In this document: positions 8,088 through 17,000 of the stretch, in pieces
Layout of the letters: each line of letters opens with the position of its first letter
Position numbering within the stretch: the stretch's first letter is position 1
The notes under the pieces: model-generated
Database searches by the model: none
What the model was told of the DNA's origin: nothing
Seen by the model: the letters and a program-made list of their open reading frames with translations, nothing else
From: Candidatus Omnitrophota bacterium
GTDB taxonomy: Bacteria; Omnitrophota; Gorgyraeia; Gygaellales; Profunditerraquicolaceae
Assembly (NCBI GenBank): GCA_029563245.1
Contig: JAKQSG010000094.1
Span: 1-36,146, forward strand
Reading direction: 5' to 3'
Length of the DNA: 36,146 nt
Program-made: the position numbers and the translations under genes

Positions 8088-11000
8088 CTAATTCAAATTC
8101 CGCATAGGCGGAGGCGTATACCGTATTGGCGGAATATATGTCGGTATTCTCGGTGTTATGCCGGGATTCACAAAATTACTGCGCGGCACAGTAATCGGCG
8201 CAAATTTCGGAACCGTAATGCTCGGAGCTCTAAACTTAATAGTAGGCGGCATAATTATCCTATTGTTATTATACACATTAAAATTTAATTGGCCAGAAGG
8301 AAGAGGCCTGAAATTATTTTGAAAAATCGCCCCCGGGAGCATACTTGCCCTAAAAGCCTGTGAGGAGAGCAATCCTTGATGAAGATAATAATTATCCGGT
8401 GCCCTAAACCTCTGCATTTCGCTTAATGCCGGGCTAATATTTATATTACCTGCCTGGCGAAAATGCCCTAAAGGCGCTACGCTATTAAAATTGTACATTC
8501 CAGGCCAACTCCCGACCCTAGGCCTATATATCCATCCTATGGGATTTGACTGTTTAATCATACGGTGAATTTGAGGCATATCCAAATCAGGAAACTTCAT
8601 TCTTATAAACCTATTACCCATGGAATAATCAAACCAATCATTATGCGACGTCTCCGGGATCCCTATGTTCCCTTTCACCCCTAGATTAACCGGGACAGAA
8701 GGAAAAGATAACCTGTCTGCAGGGGACCATAGATTTATTATTTTAACAGTCTCTTTATACTTGTTCTCCAAAAAAGAAACTCTGTGCAGCATATCAGGTG
8801 ATCCAAGACAAGATATATTAATCTTTATCCCTGCTTCTCTGGCTAATCTGAATGCCTCCGTGGCTTTCGGACTACCGCTAAAAATGGTAGTGCCGATTGG
8901 AGTGCCCCAGCTATGCCAATCCATATCTATATCCACACGCATTCTCGCGGCATCTCTTACATTCTCAAGAAAAAAATCCAAAACTCTGGACCGAGCTGAA
9001 AAAGTATCTTGAATATTCCCTGACCAGTTAAAGGCCCTGCTCGTAACCCCAATCCTCTCCAACATATCTTTCAAAGGATGCTTGTTAGACCAATCTATTT
9101 CCTGGTTCCTAGCTGTCACAAAAAGATAGAAATCATCGAATCCCGGAATTAATATCTGCATAGAACGTATCTTAACCGGGCCATGATTTATACCTTCATT
9201 CTTACCGCATTCCAATGCATAATTGGCATATCTCCTGGCTATTTCATCGCTATCAACCTTTGCGGCTTCCTTAATCGGCTCGGCTAACTCAAGGTGAGCG
9301 CAGACCTTGCTTCCTAAGGCCACAATCGTATCCCTGCGGACAAAAACATCCCTATCTTTTAAAAGCGGTAACATCGATTTTATTACTTCAGGCGTATCAA
9401 ACCTAGCTAAATTCGCCACCGCGGCCTGACGGACAAAAACAGACTCATCCTGTATCGTGGGAAGCAGAATTTCCGGAACGTTAGAATGCGTTGACTTACC
9501 TAAGGCTTCAACCGCGGCCTGGCGTACCTGCCAATGATCATCACGCAAAAACGGCCTTATCGTAAAGGTTAAATGAGGAGAGTCATGAATCCTCTGAGCC
9601 AAACCAGAAATTGCTGCCTGTCGAACCGGGAATTGCTCATCTTTTAATGCCTTAACCAATAAAGGAACCGTTTCTGAAGAATTTATCATGGCTAATCCCC
9701 GGATAGCTGAAAGGCGTACCGAAGGGTCGATATCGCTCGCCAAAGGAGAAAGAAGCGGCAGAGTGTTATGATCCACGAGTTGGCTAATGGAGAATACTGC
9801 CATTTGCTTTAAAGCGAGATCCTGGCTGTTTAAATACGGCTTTGCGAATTCAACAGCAATCGGACTCCCTGCTTGAGATAATCCCGATAAAATGCCTAAA
9901 CGAGTTTCTAAATCACCCCTGTCCATAAAACCTATAAGCTTACTCTTTAATTCCGGGTGATTATTTATCTGGGTTGATAGGACAACAGCTGCAGAAGAGG
10001 CAACTCTCAAAGATACATCACCCATCCTTTCAAAAACCTTATTGAATATCACTGGGTCATCAATTCTGGTATGAAGCGCTGCCACAGATACCTGCCTTAT
10101 CTCTTCCCTGCTGTCGCTCACCAGATCAGCAAGCTGATGCACCATTTTGTCATCCGCATTAAATGCTGACGATAAAATTGCAGCCTGTGCTTCTCTTAAA
10201 TTACCGCCCCTTATTATATTTCTTAATGCTTCCCTTGCAGCATTATCGTTGCTCTCCCCCAAAATACCTATATAAAGCAACCTAACGTCGCTATTTCTTT
10301 CTCTTTTTAATAATCTGGCGATTAAATCCGGTGCTTGGGTTTTATCAAACTTTCCGCCCCAAAAACCCAGGGCTGCTGTCATACGTACTAAATGGCTTCG
10401 GTCATTTAATCCACTGATGAGTGCTTCCCTCGCATCCAATCCGTTGAGCTGTGACAATATTGAAAGAGCAGTCATTCGGACTTCTTCAGCGTTATCTCTT
10501 ACCTTAGCAAGTGCGAGATTTAAAACCCTGTCACCCTCAAACCTATACAGGGCCGCCAAAGCTTTTGATCTTGTATTTGCTGATTTGGACTCTTGTATTA
10601 TATTTTCAAGATATACAGCAGCACGCTTATTTCCTGATACGCTTAACCCCGAAATTGCAATATCTACCGCATCGATTTTTTTGTCTTTCAATGCATCAAC
10701 AAAAATATCAAATAATCTCGGATCACTAAACATTAGTAAGCCCCGAAGACACTCCAAACGAACCGATCTGTCTGGATCAGCAGAATATTTAATCAATATT
10801 TCAAGCGCCTCTAGATCATCAAATATAGATAATGAATATGCAGCATATACCCGAACCGCAGAAATACTATTTGATTCCTTAGATAATAAATATTGCAAAT
10901 GACCTATAGCCGTGGGATCTTCCAACCGTGCTAACGCAAAGGCAGCTTGCATTCTTACATAATTCCTGATTTCATTTTGATCATCTCCGGAAGAGACAGT

Positions 11001-14000
11001 TCCTCTCGGGAAGAAATCATTTATATTATATCCTCCCTTCAAACCCTGCCCTAATACTAAACTACCGGCGGGATCCTCTAACATGGCAAGGCACCTGGCG
11101 GCATAAAAAGCAACATTAAAGTTTCTGCTTCTTACTAATTTCTGGTAGCATTTATACAAATCTTCTTGCGTTATCCCGGCCATCTTAAGGTGTTCAGTTG
11201 GCTCAAGCATAATATCGTCACCTAAATAACAATTCTCCAGAAAATATTTCTCTAACCCCTTTTCTTTTCCTTCTTCATTAATATTACTTATTGCTATTAC
11301 TTCTTTAAGCGAACGATAAAATTCCATTCTTCTTGCATCAACACTAATACAGCCGTTATTTACAAAAACGCTAATTCCTATTATGAACAAACTAAACCAA
11401 TACCGTAACCCATTAAACCACCCCCTAAATGCTGCGTCCACCTTACCTTTTCTACCGCCGAACTTAAAATAACCCAGAAATATAACACCCAATAACGATG
11501 ACGTTGGATATACTGTTATAACATCTGCGATAAAAGCGCAGATTGTAGTCCAATGAATTAAGGCGACTGAAACCATAAAAGCTGCCAAAGCGCCTAAAAT
11601 AAGCGCACCAACCAACGAATGGCCTGATTTATTATGTCCTTCCTGTAAACTCTTGTCCCCCAAGGGCTGCAAAGCGCGAGAACCGTACCCACAATGGATG
11701 TTGCCGTCTCTAGTGAGAATAAAGTCGCCGGTAAGAAAATGCTCCTGTGTAAACCTGACCCTTTCTTCTTCAGAATCCTCTTTTCCTTTAGATAAAATTA
11801 CGCCCTCTACCAAGCTTATCTCAAGAAAGGCCTTGCTTATATCGACCCCTTCTTGAAGCATATAGAACCTTGCCTTATTATCTCCGGGCAGATTTCTATC
11901 TAAGGCAAATATTATTTCAGCCCTGGCACCGCATCTCTTCTCTTTTAAGAATTCCCTCAGGTCCCCGAAAGATGGAGTCAAATCATAGCCGGGATGGTAA
12001 TGGTATGAAAGAATAACTCTCTGAGAATGGGAAAGGTCAGGATAATAAACACCTAAGGTACTAACGCTTCTATCTTCCTTTAAAGTTAAAATCCTATGCC
12101 CGCCGGTTAAATGGGTAGTTCGTATTGCGCCTTTTCTGCTTTCTCTCTCAACGATCCTGCCGCTTATTTCATAAAACCACGGAAGGCGCGGATTAATAAT
12201 TCTATGCCTGGCAATAAATTGGTTCAGGGGGAGCTTCTTGCCTTTTGCCACCACAACAATATTCCACAAAGGTACCCCTTCCTTAAAGCTTCTCTCTTTC
12301 GGATAAATTTCAAAGACCCCAAGCCCACGGACATTCAGCACCCCTTCGTAATCCCCGGTAATCTCTAAAGATAGCGGGACATCAAGTACCCCGCTATCCT
12401 GGAAAAAGGTTATAATACTATCGCCGGTTCTAAACAGATTGCGGCGGTTAAGATTATCCGCTATCGCTTTCGTATATTTGCTGCAAAAAAGGCCTTCGTT
12501 TGAAACTACCCCCGGAATGAAATTATTTTCGATTGCTAAAACCTCATCCGTAAAAATAGCTCTTCCAAAGCTCCTCTCCTGGGAGGACCGGAATGATTCC
12601 TTAAGCTTCAGGTAACCTGGGCTTGTTAAAAGATCCCCGGCGCTTTTGACCTCGATTGCAAATGAATGAAATTTGATATTGATAAAGGTGGCAAACCTTG
12701 ATATCTCGGCAATCGCCTTCTTATTTTGGGAAAGGAATGAAAGGGCGGGGCTTTGAATAAAGAGCTCTTCAATAAACAGGTCTATTGACGCTCCCTGGAT
12801 ATTCTGAACCCTCCATTCCCTTCCCTCCCGGTTAAAATAAAACCAATACCAGATTATCGCAGCGGTATTCAGATAGAAATCTTCTTCCCCTCTCCTGCTA
12901 TTAGCTATTGCCTCATCAGAGTTTATTACAATATCATCACCTTCTGTTTCAAAATGGCCGAATTCATGATTCCAGATGCTAGCCGTTAGGGCATCGGATA
13001 GCTTGATCTTCTTTTCGCTCCTGGGATTAAAGATATATTCCCCGTTTTCATTTAATTCAACTTTAATATCCAAATCATTTTCAATAATGCAACAAAGATC
13101 CTGTATAAACCTCTCCGGGGTAACAAAATTAATAAAATTTCCTTCGTTGTCAAAACGCATCTGAAGGGTCCACAAATTACATAATGCCTTTGGCGGCAGG
13201 ATTGCTAACCCACCTTCATTACCTAGGGCAATGGGCTTCAAATCAAAGGCATGATAAAGCTTGGCAATATCTTCATTCTTAGCTTTTCCGTCAAGATGGT
13301 AGTCAATGCGCGCAGCTGCAATAATTTTAAATAGAAAATCGTTCCGCTCGCTTAAAGGTATATACCTGGAGTTAATAATCGGAGGCTTGCGGTAAACATA
13401 ACTTAAAAGGACTCTTAATATATTCCTTCGGTTATGACTCTTTAAGTTATGGAATAATTTCCTAAATTCGGGCAGGCTAATAGCAATAAGGATAGTCTCT
13501 AAGGCCTTGAAACACAGGGTTGAATTCTTCTCAGAGATAAATACGGCCTGGTAGAGGCGGGCTTTCCAATAACGGGGAGCCCCGCGCACCAAGTTACTGC
13601 TTGCCGCCCATTCCTGGTAAGCCCGGTTAAATGCATTCTGCCTATCTACGGAGTGGTTGATAAAACTACCGTGCTTAATCATAAATTCATTTACTTCAAT
13701 TGCCGCTTCTATCATATTTCTTAATATGGCAAGCTTATCTAGCAATCCCTGGCTATTTTTCTTAACTTTCTTAGGGATCGCCAACCCGGGGAGAAATTCT
13801 AAACTACGATTAATCTCGTTACGCATACCGGTAAAATCAGGCTCGCTAAGAAATGGCCAACTTAATAATCTGGTCAGTTTATCCTGCATAGTAGCAAGAG
13901 AAGACGGATCAAAAACCTTGCCCTGGGCAAGATTATTAACAAAACCTATCCTCTTCTGTACCCTGCTTAGACGCATGCTTGCCTTTAACCGTAACTGTTG

Positions 14001-17000
14001 GCGCCAATTATCCAGGCTTGCGTCCTCTCCTTCTATATCGGCTAGCCTTAAATCAATTAAAGGCAGGATTGCGTTTAGTGTTTCAAGTGCCAGATTTAAC
14101 CTGTTAAAAGAAAGGAAACCTAAGGCAGTCTGAAGCTTTCTGAAAACCTCTTGCTTATCTTCTAGATGGGCCCCTTTTACATATTTTACATAATCCGGTA
14201 TTTCGGATTCTATTTTTTCTTTACTTCCGATTTCTAGGGTTTTCCTTAAACGGATGCGAAACTTTCGCAGATCTCTCTCTTCAATAGCCAAAGAATTCAA
14301 TATCGCAGCCAATTTCCTCAGCCAACGGTAAAGAGTATGAGTTTCATATTTACCCCTGAACAATATGGTAATCCTACCGTTAGATTCTTCGGTTATGGCC
14401 TGCCTGGCTACTGCCTCTGCGCGCTCTTTCTTAAGGACTGCCTTAGCCTCTTCGGTAAGCTGCGAAGAGAGTTTAGACAATATTGAGCAGGCGGCAAATT
14501 CATTTCCCGCTTCAATAAACTTTATTATCTCTGGTGTTCTAATAAGCCCGGCATGCATTAACCTTATTTTTATGCCGGAGAGTTTTCTCCTTACGTCTTC
14601 TCCCGCTACCCGGGCATATGCAATACGCAGCAATTCATGGTGTATATTACGGACCTTACGCAGCATACCGGGGACGGTTCTTTCGCTTACAACACTAACA
14701 ATCCCAAAGAGTAAGGGAAAGGCCAAAATAATCCCCAGCGGTCCGGCAGTAGCGGGATGCGCAAAAAACCCAGAAAGACTAAATTCTAGCTGTGTAATCA
14801 ACGCTGCGATTGCGCTCCAGTTGGGAATAATAAAAAGAGTTATGAGAGCTACTAATCCCCCTAGACTAAGCAGAGAGACTAATATTTTACCGGATTGATT
14901 ATGGCCTTCTCCTAACCTTTTGCCTGCCAGCGTATTGGAAGACAAAGAACCGTCCCCATCACCGGCTAGCTTCAAGGTTGATATAATGCCTATAACCTCA
15001 CCCGCTGCATCTACTACCTGCCACTCCCTAATATCTACCTTTACAGTAGACTCTGCCGCCCTTCTAAAGGGGACAAAAGGTATGTCGGGAAGGTTTTCAA
15101 GGCGCTTCGATAATTTATCTTTTACCCGGGCCTCAGAGAGAATCTGGTTTTCTTCATTGACAAAAAACCAGACCGGCTGGCCGATCACCTGCTCTTCGCT
15201 AAATCCAAAAAGCTTCTCCCAGGCTTTATTTACCCAGACAATATTTCCCTTACTGTCAATCATATGTACGGCCAAATCAATGTTGTAATACTTATCCTTC
15301 TCTTTACCATATATGGAACGCATCGCCGTAGAGCAACGCTGGAGATAATCCGGAATGAGGTTATGCACAGCCTCATCCGCAACAATAATAGTAGTATCCA
15401 GTTCGCGAATAATCTTAGCCAAAGGAGAATCCGCTTCCTCCAGAGACTCCCGTAGCATCTGGGCCTTTTTCTTTCCTAGAACTAAAACAATTACCTGGGG
15501 CTTCTTAGCTGCGGTAGGTTTAATTATATCCGCTAACCCGAGTGTCCAGGCAAAAGGATTCTTTTCTATATCGGGATAGCTCTCATGGCTAGAAGACATC
15601 ACCTCGGGAGTAAGCCGGACCTTAACCAGCCTCCCCGCCGAAGAAGGATCTGCCGTAGTTCCCGGAAAATTAAAACCAAAATGTCCGTCGGCACCTACAC
15701 CTGAAATTATCAGGTCAATGCCTCCTGCCTTATTTTGTCTCTCTACATACCCTCTTGGATCAGGACTATCTCCGATAAAACTTACATTATTTTCTATGGA
15801 ATTAAATATTCTTGAAAACAATGATTCCCTTAATGCGTAGGCTTGTGAAAAATGATGCCCCGGGCCCAATCCTGCGTATTCACTTAGCTGCCAGGCTCTT
15901 ACCTTATCATCCCAGTTGAAATCCTGCTTTCTTAAAGCCAGATGCTCCGCAAAACTGGGTATACTTCTTGGGCCATATTGATAAGGTTTGGTGATAGTAC
16001 TGCCTGCGCCAAAGGTAATATTGGCATGGCCTGATTTTTCGATAATATCCTTAATAATGCCCGATACCACATCGGAAGAAACCATGGCAAAATTCGAAGC
16101 TTCAACGATATGGAACTTCAACTCGCGCAAGAGATTAACCGCAAAAATCGTTTCATTCCCCTTACCGTGCTGAATTAAATCACACAAACAAAGTATAGCC
16201 TGGCACTTAAAATCCTTATGTTCTTGCGCTAAAAGAATAATTAACTCATAAAGAGAATTACAAAAGGCTGCGATATCTTTTATTTTATAACGATCCAACT
16301 GCCTGTTATCCGCTTTATAGAGAAGCTTAACCAGATTATCCGCACAATAAGAGATGCGCACAGCGGAAGACATAACAGAAAGCACAGATCCCAGCCACTG
16401 CTCTTTATTCTCCGCTACGACCTTAACCAAAGAGACCCAGGCAGGCTCTGAAAAAGCTTCCTCTGTGCTTGCTAAAATATGTTCAATAAGCATTAAAGAG
16501 GCCATATTACTACGTACCGGAGAGCGTACCAAAACTCCCTTAGGCGCGAGTTTAAGCTCTGTCTTCTCGCCAAAATTCTGCAGTTGTACAATCTGGCTTA
16601 AAAAATGAAGCATAACTATCTTTACGCGCGCCTGGGCATGGCGCCAGGATGGATGGTATTTATAGGCATTTATAACACGCAACAGGTTCTTAATATAAAC
16701 CTGCCCTTCACTAGGGGTGCCGGAGACGACTTTTTTATAATCATCCGCAAGGCTGCTATCCAGGGCAAAATACTTAAGATTAATCGCTCCCAAATACCTG
16801 CAGAAAATAAAATAAATTAAGGCGCAGGAGAAAAATCCGGCGATTGCCATAGCTACGTGTGAGTATCCTAATAATACCGGAATAAAACATGCTGAGAAAA
16901 TTACAATAGCAAAAATAGAATGCAGGCGTTTTTCAGAATCGAACCTCTTTTTAAGATGTATTTCCCCGTAATTGGCTATAACAAAATGGTCCTCGAGAAA

